This document shows positions 8,101 to 17,400 of a DNA stretch of 20,000 nucleotides, in pieces (positions within the stretch are counted from its first letter, which is position 1; each line of letters opens with the position of its first letter). The position numbers and the translations under genes are program-made. The DNA is taken from the NCBI GenBank assembly GCA_031400935.1, contig JANNQV010000018.1, forward strand, positions 119,155 to 139,154, read 5' to 3'. The notes beneath the pieces are model-generated. The model worked only from the letters and a program-made list of their open reading frames with translations, ran no database searches and was not told the origin of the DNA. Source of the stretch: Armatimonadota bacterium (GTDB lineage Bacteria > Armatimonadota > Fimbriimonadia > Fimbriimonadales > Fimbriimonadaceae).

Positions 8101-8265
8101 GATGACTTGGGTGAAGTGGGTGAGTCGTGAAGTGGATAACGCGTGAAGATCGTAATTAGCTTGATTATTGATTTCAGAGTAATGGTTAGATTGAAACGAG
8201 GCTAACTGACCTGGGTTACTTAACTCACCCAATTCACCCAACTCACCCACTTCACCCTAGTCATC
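8101..8265. repeat. MITE-like element with 25-bp terminal inverted repeats built from 9-bp units
   Basis: GATGACTTGGGTGAAGTGGGTGAGT (8101-8125) versus ACTCACCCACTTCACCCTAGTCATC (8241-8265), one mismatch. The right side has four 9-mers, AACTCACCC AATTCACCC AACTCACCC ACTTCACCC (8222-8257). Confidence 0.85.
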
Positions 8266-8330
8266 TGTCCTCTCCAGGTACAATCTGCCTACAAACCCCC
8301 GCCAAAACCGGGCGGATGGAAGCTGTTTTT

Positions 8331-9650
8331 ATGCAAATTACTCGAGCCGAATTGAACCCATGCACCGTGCAATTGACCGTCGTTGCCGCTGAAGAAGCGG
8401 TAAAGAGCGGTTTTAGCCGTGCCTTTAAGAAGATCACAAAGGACATTAAGCTTCCGGGATTTCGACCGGGTTCGGCCCCTCGCCAAATGCTTGAGCAGCA
8501 CGTAAACCCGGATCATCTTGCTGAAGTAGCGGCAGACATCATTGTCCGCGATACTTTTCCCAAAGCTTTAGAAAGTGAAAAGTTGGAGCCGCACAGCCAA
8601 CCTTCCATTTCTGTCAAGGAATTGAATCAGGAAGAAAGCAAATGCACCTTTGAAATCAAGGTTCCATTGGCTCCTCAAGTCGAGCTAATCGAGTACAAAA
8701 AACTGAAAGCATCAAGGCCGCCGATGGAAGTGACCGAAGAAGAAATCACCCACCAAATTGACGAGTTGCGGCGTGGAAAATCAACTCGAACCGCTGTCAG
8801 TGGCAGAGGGATTGAAGAAGGCGATGTCGCAGTTGTAAACGTCCGTCCAGATGGCGACGAAGGCGAGGGACGCAACTTCATGACTATCGCCGGACAGACT
8901 TTTCCCCAACTCGACCAAGCACTAATGGGCATGACCTCAGATGAAATCAAACACCTTGAACTGACATTTCCGGAAAACTTCCAAGAGAAAGATTGGGCTA
9001 CCAAAACGATGAAAGCGCAAGTATCTGTCCGTTCAATCAACGCAGTCCAAATGCCCGAACTTGACGATGCATTCGCGAAGAGCCTTAGAACTGAGTCTGT
9101 TGAAGAATTGCGCGAGAGTGTTCGGGAAGCCATAACAGCCGCAAAGGACAACATGGTCGCGGACTATTTGAACGAGCAGTTGCTTGAAATTCTTTTGACA
9201 TCTTCAACTGTTCACGTTCCAGATACCATGTGGGAGCAAGTTGCTTCTCGCCGATTGAACGACCTGGCGCAAGAACAAAGAGAAAAGGGCGTTACGATGG
9301 AACAATATGCCGAGCAAAACGGCATGAAGATCGAAGAGTTGATTGCTGCTTGGGAGCACGAAGCAAAACTTCATGTTCAAAGGGCTGTGATCGTTCAAAA
9401 AATCTTCGACCTTGAAACTATGAAACTCGTGGATTCCGACCTCAATCGCGAGCTTATCGTGATGGCGAGAGAATATGAAATGGATCCGAAAGAGCTATTG
9501 GACATCATGAAAAAGCAGGGCTCACTTCAAGAACTACATTTCCGCTCGGTTTTCCGAAAGGTGACGGATTTCTTGCGAGAACATGCACAAATCGAGATTT
9601 CAGATGCTCCACCAACACAAACAAAGCCAAAGAAAAGCAAGAAAAGCTAG
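8331..9650 (+). CDS. tig: Trigger factor
   Basis: Ribosome-binding signature LPGFRPGSAP, FKBP-like middle (TFPENF), PELDDAFAK, and position upstream of clpP-clpX. Start at 8331 (alternative 8316). A TACAAT box lies at 8279-8284. Confidence 0.96.
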   Translation: MQITRAELNPCTVQLTVVAAEEAVKSGFSRAFKKITKDIKLPGFRPGSAPRQMLEQHVNPDHLAEVAADIIVRDTFPKALESEKLEPHSQPSISVKELNQEESKCTFEIKVPLAPQVELIEYKKLKASRPPMEVTEEEITHQIDELRRGKSTRTAVSGRGIEEGDVAVVNVRPDGDEGEGRNFMTIAGQTFPQLDQALMGMTSDEIKHLELTFPENFQEKDWATKTMKAQVSVRSINAVQMPELDDAFAKSLRTESVEELRESVREAITAAKDNMVADYLNEQLLEILLTSSTVHVPDTMWEQVASRRLNDLAQEQREKGVTMEQYAEQNGMKIEELIAAWEHEAKLHVQRAVIVQKIFDLETMKLVDSDLNRELIVMAREYEMDPKELLDIMKKQGSLQELHFRSVFRKVTDFLREHAQIEISDAPPTQTKPKKSKKS

Positions 9651-9695
9651 GAATCTTGGTTCAAAACACCGAGAATTGACGTACGAGCTACTACG

Positions 9696-10304
9696 ATGAA
9701 AAACGATAACTTAGTTGGAATGGGAATTCCTTACGTAATTGAGCAAACTGCTCGTGGCGAGCGCAGCTACGATATTTGGTCGAGGCTGTTGAAAGACCGC
9801 ATCGTTTTTCTTGGGACAGAAGTGGACGATTATGTTGCTAATCTTTTGGTAGCGCAGTTCTTGTTCCTTGAGAAAGAAGACCCCGACAAGGATATTGATT
9901 TTTATATTCACAGCCCTGGCGGTTCTGTTAGCGCTGGAATGGCGATTTATGACTGCATGCAGATCATCAAGCCAGACGTTGCCACGATCTGCGTCGGGCA
10001 AGCTGCTTCCATGGGTGCCGTATTGCTCGCTGGTGGCGCGGCCGAAAAGAGATATTGCCTCGAAAACGCACGAGTGATGATTCATCAAGGCTCGGCTGGA
10101 ACTCGTGGCACCATTGCTGACATGAATGTTGCACTTGCCGAATTCAACCGCTACAATGATATTATCTTTAATGTTTTGGCTAAGCACACCAAGCAAACAA
10201 GAGAAAAAGTTCAAGCAGATTGCGACCGCGATTACTTCATGTCTGCCGAACAAGCGAAAGAATATGGCGTAATTGATAAAGTTTTGAAGCCCGGCGAACG
10301 ATAA
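9696..10304 (+). CDS. clpP: ATP-dependent Clp protease proteolytic subunit
   Basis: [18 protein letters not shown], catalytic AASMG / MIHQ / DRD. Confidence 0.98.
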   Translation: MKNDNLVGMGIPYVIEQTARGERSYDIWSRLLKDRIVFLGTEVDDYVANLLVAQFLFLEKEDPDKDIDFYIHSPGGSVSAGMAIYDCMQIIKPDVATICVGQAASMGAVLLAGGAAEKRYCLENARVMIHQGSAGTRGTIADMNVALAEFNRYNDIIFNVLAKHTKQTREKVQADCDRDYFMSAEQAKEYGVIDKVLKPGER

Positions 10305-10320
10305 TATATTCGAGGATTGG

Positions 10321-11607
10321 ATGCCAAAGATGATGGAACGTCGAGAACAATGCTGCCTATGTGGCAAAACGAAAGAACAAGTCAAGAAATTGATAGTCGG
10401 ATTGCATGGGGCGGTTTGTTCCGATTGCGTTGATCTTTGCAACGGAATTCTGAATAGCGAACCGGATAGGCAAGCACCGATTACCGCTGCAGTTTCGCGC
10501 CAATCGTCAGTTGCCAAAGAAGGCGAAGTTCCAAAGCCAAAGGAAATCGTTGGATTCCTGGATCAATATGTAATCGGGCAAACCAAAGCCAAACGATCGC
10601 TTTCAGTCGCAGTTTATAACCACTATAAGCGGGTTCGAGAGACAATTGACCACGATGTCGAACTCTCAAAAAGTAACATTCTGCTGGTTGGGCCAACTGG
10701 TTCTGGGAAAACCCTTTTAGCGCAAACATTGGCGCGAATGCTGAATGTTCCATTCGCGATTGCAGATGCCACAGCGCTCACCGAAGCCGGTTACGTTGGC
10801 GAAGACGTTGAAAACATACTTCTCAAACTCTATCAAGCCGCCGAAACCATGAATCCGGCAAATGCAAAAGAACTTTGCGAGCGCGGAATCATCTACGTGG
10901 ATGAAATTGATAAGATCGCCCGCAAGAGCGACAACCCTTCGATCACTCGAGATGTTTCAGGCGAAGGCGTTCAGCAGGCTCTGCTCAAAATTTTAGAAGG
11001 CACAACAGCGAACGTTCCGCCTCAAGGTGGACGAAAGCACCCGCAGCAAGAATACATTCCGATTGACACAACAAACATCTTGTTTGTTTGCGGCGGTGCC
11101 TTTGAAGGAATTGAAGACATCATTCGCCGCCGAATGAAAGAAAACGTCCTCGGCTTTAGGGCAACTCCGGAAAGCAAAAAAGAGCAGGACCTGAACATTC
11201 TGCGCAAGATCATGCCTGAAGACCTGCTTCATTACGGTCTGATTCCAGAATTTATTGGGCGTCTTCCGGTCATCGCGCCACTCGATCAGCTTGACGAAGA
11301 CACGCTGATGCGAATTCTCACCGAGCCTAAAAATGCGCTTTTGAAGCAATATTCGAAGTTCTTCGAGCTTGACGGAGTTGAGCTAATATTCGAGCCTGGC
11401 GCTTTGCAAGAAATCGCGGCAGAAGCCTTAAAACGCAAGACGGGAGCAAGGGCACTTCGTTCGATCATTGAGCAAATCATGCTCGACGTGATGTACGAAG
11501 TTCCAAGCAATCTGGAAATCAAGAAGGTAATCATTCCTGCTGGAGTCATTACAGGTGACAACGAGCCAGAACTCTTGACAGCGGAAATGATTGCAAAGGC
11601 TTCGTAA
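10321..11607 (+). CDS. clpX: ATP-dependent Clp protease ATP-binding subunit ClpX
   Basis: C4 zinc finger, [12 protein letters not shown] pore loop, DEIDK, RKH loop, LGF ClpP-docking loop, GARALR. Confidence 0.98.
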   Translation: MPKMMERREQCCLCGKTKEQVKKLIVGLHGAVCSDCVDLCNGILNSEPDRQAPITAAVSRQSSVAKEGEVPKPKEIVGFLDQYVIGQTKAKRSLSVAVYNHYKRVRETIDHDVELSKSNILLVGPTGSGKTLLAQTLARMLNVPFAIADATALTEAGYVGEDVENILLKLYQAAETMNPANAKELCERGIIYVDEIDKIARKSDNPSITRDVSGEGVQQALLKILEGTTANVPPQGGRKHPQQEYIPIDTTNILFVCGGAFEGIEDIIRRRMKENVLGFRATPESKKEQDLNILRKIMPEDLLHYGLIPEFIGRLPVIAPLDQLDEDTLMRILTEPKNALLKQYSKFFELDGVELIFEPGALQEIAAEALKRKTGARALRSIIEQIMLDVMYEVPSNLEIKKVIIPAGVITGDNEPELLTAEMIAKAS

Positions 11608-11688
11608 CCGCTACTGGCAAATTTCGGCTTTGTACATTCTCCAGAATTGCGATGCTATGCCCCTCTTTTGGGAAGTAAACTCTGCATT

Positions 11689-12078
11689 GTGAAACCTTCA
11701 GTTAACGTCCTCGGCGGACCACTCGAAACTTGCAGCACAAACCCAAAGACCGGATTCTATCGAACGGGTTGCTGTGACACTGGTGCTGACGATCAAGGGG
11801 TACACACTGTTTGTATTATTGCTACCGAGCAGTTCCTTTCATTCAGCATGATGGCTGGAAACGACCTCTCAACCCCGCATCCAGAATGGGAGTTTCCGGG
11901 ACTCAAGCCCGGAGATCGCTGGTGCCTGTGCGCACAAAGGTGGCAAGAGGCATTTGAAGTAGGCATGGCACCGAAGGTCGTGTTAGAAGCCACTCACGAA
12001 TTTACACTTGAGTTTGTCAATCTCGAAGATCTAATGCAGCATTCGCATGTGCCTTTTGCGGGTCCAAGCTCGGGCTAA
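11689..12078 (+). CDS. DUF2237 family protein
   Basis: NVLGGPLETCS...TGFYRTGCC...G.HTVC...GNDLSTP.PE..FPGLKPGDRWCLCA.RW. GTG start at 11689. Its stop overlaps the convergent fucosidase stop. Confidence 0.93.
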   Translation: MKPSVNVLGGPLETCSTNPKTGFYRTGCCDTGADDQGVHTVCIIATEQFLSFSMMAGNDLSTPHPEWEFPGLKPGDRWCLCAQRWQEAFEVGMAPKVVLEATHEFTLEFVNLEDLMQHSHVPFAGPSSG

Positions 12079-15000
12079 TCATTCTGGCGGACCAGCGAAA
12101 CGGATCGAAGGTTCATGAGGGCTCCTCCCGCCATTTTTTGCGCCTTTACAACCACCTTTACTTTGCCACCCGGAGCCAATGCCAGCTTCCCAATTTCAAC
12201 CTTTGTGAACGTTGTCCAACTGCCGGTATCAGGAACGGTGAACGAAAACGGCTTTACGCCGATCAAAACGCCTACTACGTTGCCGGCGCTAGAAGGTTCG
12301 CAGGCAACTTCAGCTGAAAGCTGGAAGTTGCCTGGTTTATCCAATACAAACTGCCACGAGACGACGTCGTTGCTATTGGTCCAAAACCCGATGCACTGTT
12401 TTGATTCGTCTGATTCGTAATGCGCTGAACCTTGAACTTCTGCATCAATCGCCTTCAATATCATGTTGCCATTTGGGTCTGGAACAATTGGCGGCGCAGG
12501 CGGTGTAATCGCAACTAACTTGCCTGTAAATTCGACGACAAACACTTCGGGCATTGGCTCTTTGATGAAGACTTTAGGCTCAGGATTCGTCACTGTCCAG
12601 CCATTCTTTGACTTCACGATCGCAACTCGCTTTTTGTCCAAGAATCTGTATGCTTTGCCAATTTTTCCGTCCAATCCTGTCAATTCGATTGTCGCAAGCG
12701 ATGGGTTGAACAAGTGCAAGTAAAGCTTATTGCCTTTTCGAGTCGCTCGGCCCCAAGGCAGAGGTTTAGCGAACGGACCAGCTTGCGAACCGTAAATCGT
12801 CTCGCCATGCAGCTTCATCCAGGCCCCAACAGCGGCAAGCCTTTGAACGCTTGCTTCAGGAATCTCTCCCAAATTGGTTGGGCCGACATTTAAGAGATAG
12901 TTGCCACCTTTGCTGGCGCAATCAATCACGTTGTGAACCAGTGTTTCAGCGGACTTCCAGCTTTGGTCATTTTTGTGGAATCCCCATGAGCCATTCATAG
13001 TCATGCAGCTTTCCCAATCGAGTCCGGGCATTCCATTTGCCGGAATCTCCTGTTCGGGAGTGCCGTAATCGCCGACCGCTTGGTCGTTTGCACTCATTCC
13101 AGCCATGCCGCTTCGATGGACGTCAACGCGATTATTGATGATGATTTTGGGTTGCAACGAACGAACGTAATGGTAAAGGTCCACTCCCCGTTCATGGGTC
13201 CATGCCTGTGGCTCCCATTCTCCATCGAACCAAAGAATTCCGATATCTCCGTAATTGGTCAGAAGCTCCTTCAATTGTCCCTTCATAAAGACCGTGTACT
13301 TATCCATATTGGTAGGAACTTCTGGCCTAAGATCCCACGGCCTTCGCAGGCCGTAATCTGGATGAGTCCAATCCATGATCGAATGGTAGAAGCAAAGCTT
13401 GATTCCGCCCTCTTTGCAAGCCTTCGCGAGTTCCTTCAAGGCATCACGCTTGAACGGAGTGTTCATGATGTCCCAATCGGTCAGCTTGCTGTCAAAGAGC
13501 GCAAATCCATCATGGTGCTTGCTTGTGATCACGATGTACTTCATGCCCGCATCTTTTGCGATCTGTACCCAGCGCTTGGCATCGTATTTCACTGGGTTGA
13601 ACTGAGCTTGAAGCGGGTGATAATCCTTCGCTGAAATTTGGGCAGAATACATCAGCCATTCGCTGGCTCCAGCGAAGTTCTTGCCTTTCCATTCACCCGC
13701 AGGGACCGCATATAGCCCCCAATGGATGAACATTCCGAAGCGGGCTTCGCGGAACCACGCCATCCTTTTATCCTTTTGAGCCTTTGTTTCGGGCTCCCCG
13801 ACTTGTCCTTTCATAAGCTTCATCATAAAGGTGTTATAGTCCTCAACTGGAATCAGCCCGACTTCGGCTCGCCGAGCATCTAGATTCTTTGGCTCCTCGA
13901 CTGGTTTCATGATCCATTTACTCCCCTCAAGCGAGTTCTGCGTGCCGTATCTCTGCTTTTTGCCTCGAGCACAGAGGACTCGATCGGTGAGCATTGCCCA
14001 ATCAACCCTTTTGACGTCTCCTGTTTGAGCAAGAGGCTCCATGAGCTTCAAGCAATTCTCCTGAAAATCGGGCTCTGCGTCTGCGTACTGCAAGAGAAGC
14101 CAGGCGTTGCTGGCGCCTTCCGTGCCAAAAATCTCTTGAGTCGGCCAACCGTTTTGGTTAACGATTTCCTTCATTCGAGCGGTGTTCGCCTTGTCAACCT
14201 TTGCCATCACGTCGGCCCTCCTCTTTTTCTCTTCAATTGGCATCGTGCCGAATCTGAAATCACCGTGAGCTTTTTGGCTGGCTGCAACCATTGATTTGAT
14301 TTCGGCTGAGATCGCAACGGGAGAACTCAGTGACGTAATTTCAACTTCGTTCGCCCTTGAAAATTCAGGTTCAGAAATCGAAGGGCCGATCCCTAAGTTT
14401 TGATTAGGAAAGCTGGGTTTGTAGATGACCCAAATACATTTAGTCTTGACTGGCTGAAATCGCACGATCCGCTTGTTGCCAATCGTAGTGCCAGTCGCAA
14501 CAGTTGTAGCTTTGCCGTCAATGTAACTTCTGATTTCAAAACTGGTGACATGCTGACCGTTTACGATATGTTCTCTTAGCAACACTCCATCAACATACTT
14601 CTCGACTTTAAGTAGCTCTGGACTTGAATCTTTGCCGAAGGGACCATCCGCTTCTGGTGGACGTCCCGTAGAATTGAGGAAAATTGGATCTTTTTCATCG
14701 CGAGCTCCACGATCTTTTTCATCGCGAGCTTCGCGATGCGAGGCATCCCTCAACTTCTTGAACCCCATCAACGCTTTCACGTCATTCTCATGGATCAGCC
14801 CCCTCCGATCTGGAGGAACGTTGAGAAGCAGCGAGCCATTCCTTCCAACGGACTTCTCGTAAAGTTCAAAAAGCTTCGCTGGGGACTTCACTTGATTGTC
14901 TTGACTTGCATGATAGAACCAGCCTGGGCGAATTGAAACATCGCACTCCGCTGGAACCCAATCTTTGCCCTTTGGATCACCGACGTTCAAATACTTCGTA

Positions 15001-15737
15001 TCAGCAGCGCCGATCGCAGTTTTCGGGCTCGAAAGGTCAACTGTGCTCCAGCAAGTTTCGCCCGCAATTCCATCTTCATTGCCAACCCAGCGAATATCGG
15101 GTCCCGCATCCGAAAAGATCACGGCATCGGGCGCATACTGGCGCACTGTCGAAATAAATAGGTTCCAGTCATAAATTTGCCTTTTTCCGTTCGGCCCTTC
15201 GCCGTTCGCTCCATCGAACCAGACTTCATATACAGGCCCGTATTTGGTTAGAACTTCCTTCAGCATCGCGGCGAAAATGATGTTGTAGCCGGGAGTCCCG
15301 TACTGAGGATGGTTGCGATCCCAGGGCGAAAGATAGACCCCCATCTTCATTCCGTATTCGTCGCAAGCCTTTCTCAGCTCCGCCAAAACGTCGCCTTTCC
15401 CATCTCGCCACTTGCTTTGGGCGACTGTGTGCTTCGAGAAATTCGAGGGCCAAAGGCAAAATCCGTCATGGTGCTTGGCGGTGATAATCACCTGCTTCAT
15501 ACCAGCTTCTTTGAAGGTGCGAACCCATTGACGGCAATCGAGCGCTGTTGGGTTGAAGCTGTTCGGGTCCTCGTTTCCATGCCCCCATTCCTGATCGGCA
15601 AACGTATTTGGGCCAAAGTGGACGAAAGCGTAGTATTCGAGCTTCTGCCATTCAAGCTGGCGCGGGCTTGGGATGGCTGTGCCGCTGTGAATGGTGGATT
15701 GAGACATGGCGAGTGAGAGAAGCAACGAGAGAATCAT
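12075..15737 (-). CDS. Secreted tandem GH29 alpha-L-fucosidase (GH29B-like + DUF6624-like + GH29A-like + C-terminal CBM-like beta-sandwich)
   Basis: Two KHHDGF motifs and two WFDG nucleophile motifs. The first domain has AFVHFGPNTF/PAECDVSIRPGWFYH and the second has FGMFIHWGLY/WESCMTMN/LLNVGP. Short N-terminal hydrophobic signal. Confidence 0.95.
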   Translation of the reverse strand: MILSLLLSLAMSQSTIHSGTAIPSPRQLEWQKLEYYAFVHFGPNTFADQEWGHGNEDPNSFNPTALDCRQWVRTFKEAGMKQVIITAKHHDGFCLWPSNFSKHTVAQSKWRDGKGDVLAELRKACDEYGMKMGVYLSPWDRNHPQYGTPGYNIIFAAMLKEVLTKYGPVYEVWFDGANGEGPNGKRQIYDWNLFISTVRQYAPDAVIFSDAGPDIRWVGNEDGIAGETCWSTVDLSSPKTAIGAADTKYLNVGDPKGKDWVPAECDVSIRPGWFYHASQDNQVKSPAKLFELYEKSVGRNGSLLLNVPPDRRGLIHENDVKALMGFKKLRDASHREARDEKDRGARDEKDPIFLNSTGRPPEADGPFGKDSSPELLKVEKYVDGVLLREHIVNGQHVTSFEIRSYIDGKATTVATGTTIGNKRIVRFQPVKTKCIWVIYKPSFPNQNLGIGPSISEPEFSRANEVEITSLSSPVAISAEIKSMVAASQKAHGDFRFGTMPIEEKKRRADVMAKVDKANTARMKEIVNQNGWPTQEIFGTEGASNAWLLLQYADAEPDFQENCLKLMEPLAQTGDVKRVDWAMLTDRVLCARGKKQRYGTQNSLEGSKWIMKPVEEPKNLDARRAEVGLIPVEDYNTFMMKLMKGQVGEPETKAQKDKRMAWFREARFGMFIHWGLYAVPAGEWKGKNFAGASEWLMYSAQISAKDYHPLQAQFNPVKYDAKRWVQIAKDAGMKYIVITSKHHDGFALFDSKLTDWDIMNTPFKRDALKELAKACKEGGIKLCFYHSIMDWTHPDYGLRRPWDLRPEVPTNMDKYTVFMKGQLKELLTNYGDIGILWFDGEWEPQAWTHERGVDLYHYVRSLQPKIIINNRVDVHRSGMAGMSANDQAVGDYGTPEQEIPANGMPGLDWESCMTMNGSWGFHKNDQSWKSAETLVHNVIDCASKGGNYLLNVGPTNLGEIPEASVQRLAAVGAWMKLHGETIYGSQAGPFAKPLPWGRATRKGNKLYLHLFNPSLATIELTGLDGKIGKAYRFLDKKRVAIVKSKNGWTVTNPEPKVFIKEPMPEVFVVEFTGKLVAITPPAPPIVPDPNGNMILKAIDAEVQGSAHYESDESKQCIGFWTNSNDVVSWQFVLDKPGNFQLSAEVACEPSSAGNVVGVLIGVKPFSFTVPDTGSWTTFTKVEIGKLALAPGGKVKVVVKAQKMAGGALMNLRSVSLVRQND
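14687..14730. repeat. In-frame 24-bp-period duplication (20-bp perfect repeat GATCTTTTTCATCGCGAGCT x2)
   Basis: Copies at 14687-14706 and 14711-14730. They encode ARDEKD twice, just after the first GH29 barrel. Confidence 0.9.
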
Positions 15738-15869
15738 GGATATGGACCTTTCAGGATTGTGTCTTCATTTTCCTTGTCTTTCAATTCGATGCGAAACCGG
15801 AGTTTCCTCTAAATACCAAGGGAACATCGCAAGGGTTCGGATGTAGTTCGGAACTCTAAGCAGTCGACT

Positions 15870-16364
15870 TTATTTCTTTAGGGTAGCTCGGAGTGTCTTT
15901 GGCAGGACATCGATAGGTAGCATGTCTGCCAGTTTCTTAGTGATTTTGTAGGTCACAGCCTGCCCTTCAGCCATTCTAACCAGAGTCCCGGCATTGCCTT
16001 CGGCTACATCACCTTTTCGCCACATGTTGAACACAATCTCCTTTGGACAAATTCCTAAGCAAAGCAGGTATTCGTAATTCCTGTCGAGCCGAACATGATT
16101 GAACTGGAACGTTCCTTTGGCTCCCAGTGAAGCGGTTTTGACTTCAAAGCGATGTTGCGCAATGAGCATATCCGTTCTCGCAGTACGACTTCCCTTTTTC
16201 GCTTCAATTCCTGCGTTTGTAACGAAGCGGAGAACAAACTCTTCGCCAATTTCGCCACGGTTCGTATTGCCAAGGAGCCTATATCCTGCCAAAGTAGAAT
16301 CCAGCCAGATATCCTCCGGCGCGTGTTCCTTAATGACCTCTATCAACAGTTCTACGGAAGTCAT
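15870..16364 (-). CDS. Small PD-(D/E)xK nuclease, putative Type II restriction endonuclease
   Basis: GEIGE helix followed by TD-x8-EVK. ATGA overlap with the methyltransferase stop and an AAGGA SD. 164 aa. Confidence 0.75.
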   Translation of the reverse strand: MTSVELLIEVIKEHAPEDIWLDSTLAGYRLLGNTNRGEIGEEFVLRFVTNAGIEAKKGSRTARTDMLIAQHRFEVKTASLGAKGTFQFNHVRLDRNYEYLLCLGICPKEIVFNMWRKGDVAEGNAGTLVRMAEGQAVTYKITKKLADMLPIDVLPKTLRATLKK

Positions 16365-17083
16365 TTCGGTCCTTTCCACCGGGATCTACCAGCAGGTTTG
16401 CGAAATACAAGAAAGTAAGAGTGGTTTTTCCTTGCGTGGACCTGTCGAACAACACGGCTCACGCCAGGTTTGTTGTTTCGAACAATCACGAACAGGTCTT
16501 CGCAAACAAAGCCATGAGAGGCAAATTCGTTAATAAGTTCGACATGCGTTAGTCGCTGTTGATTAGCGCAAACTTCGTCTTGGCACTTGACAATGAATAT
16601 CCCGTTCGTCTTGAGAACCCGCTTCGCCTCTTTTGCCGCATCGAAGTAAAGCTCCAAAACTGCTTCATGGTATTTGGCACCCTCACCATTTGACGTACCG
16701 TTGTTCTGGTAGTAGCCTTCGTAGTTTTGGTGGCCTACATGGGCCGTTCCGCCAGGTGTGTGCATGTATGGCGGGTCTAATACAACGCAGTCAATTGAAG
16801 CATCTGAATATGGAAGCTTGCGACAATCGGTTCCAGTCAAAAGATCGGTAGCTTTCAGATTGTAGCGTCCTGGGGCAACAGCTTTCCAAAACACTCCTCT
16901 CCCGTAGGTCACGTCGGCGACGATGCTTCCCTCTGCAACGTAGAGTTCGAGCACGGATGGGAACAGCTCGTCATTTGTGCCGACATGGGCGCTATGGACC
17001 AGGTCGTTGGTGGCGATTCCATTTAGTGCCTTTCGACCTGTTTTCGGTTCTCTGGTTGTGGGAAATTCTAGCAAGGCGCTCAT
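16361..17083 (-). CDS. Amino (N6-adenine or N4-cytosine) DNA methyltransferase, compact
   Basis: SAM-binding motif I variant [26 protein letters not shown] (motif IV), RVLK..G. Start at ATG 17083 (240 aa). The extension to 17188 enters the repeat array. Confidence 0.88.
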   Translation of the reverse strand: MSALLEFPTTREPKTGRKALNGIATNDLVHSAHVGTNDELFPSVLELYVAEGSIVADVTYGRGVFWKAVAPGRYNLKATDLLTGTDCRKLPYSDASIDCVVLDPPYMHTPGGTAHVGHQNYEGYYQNNGTSNGEGAKYHEAVLELYFDAAKEAKRVLKTNGIFIVKCQDEVCANQQRLTHVELINEFASHGFVCEDLFVIVRNNKPGVSRVVRQVHARKNHSYFLVFRKPAGRSRWKGPK

Positions 17084-17167
17084 AGTTAACAGACGTTGTA
17101 CCGCATTCCAATGATGCCAACGACATGCGGGAACGCCTCGTACCCCGAATGGGGCGTGACAAGAAAG

Positions 17168-17377
17168 GTTTCCCACCCGGAACTGCATGATTCCCGGCTG
17201 GAATTGCGAATTCTCCGCCCGGAGCTAGAGGTTTTCCGTTTGGAGCTGCATGTTTTCCGCCTGGAGAAATTGCAGTTCCGCCTGGAGTTGGAGGTTTCCC
17301 CCTCGGAGTCAGCGCGGTTCCCGTCGGAGAATTCGCAGTTCCAGGTGGAAAACCATATGTTCCATCGGGTACAACCA
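17168..17377. repeat. Array of ten degenerate 21-bp repeats with palindromic core TYCC-N4-GGAR
   Basis: Units from 17168: GTTTCCCACCCGGAACTGCAT, GATTCCCGGCTGGAATTGCGA, ATTCTCCGCCCGGAGCTAGAG, GTTTTCCGTTTGGAGCTGCAT, GTTTTCCGCCTGGAGAAATTG, CAGTTCCGCCTGGAGTTGGAG, GTTTCCCCCTCGGAGTCAGCG, CGGTTCCCGTCGGAGAATTCG, CAGTTCCAGGTGGAAAACCAT, ATGTTCCATCGGGTACAACCA. There are no indels. Confidence 0.93.
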
Positions 17378-17400
17378 CTTTTACCTGTGGAGGTACTACA

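Noticed and set aside
9711..10517. 268-aa antisense ORF, and the other antisense or nested ORFs within gyrA, tig, clpX and the fucosidase
   Set aside because: These are shadow frames of well-supported genes with no motifs.
15785..15860. Possible riboswitch or structured RNA upstream of the fucosidase; GTAGTTCGGAACT REP fragment
   Set aside because: Only short imperfect stems are present, with no recognisable family motif and no partner arm.
17084..17188. N-terminal extension of the MTase ORF
   Set aside because: It starts inside the repeat array with atypical composition. ATG 17083 is more plausible.
17168..17377. CRISPR array
   Set aside because: The 21-bp total period with degenerate cores is far too short for repeat plus spacer. 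There are no identical repeats and no cas genes.
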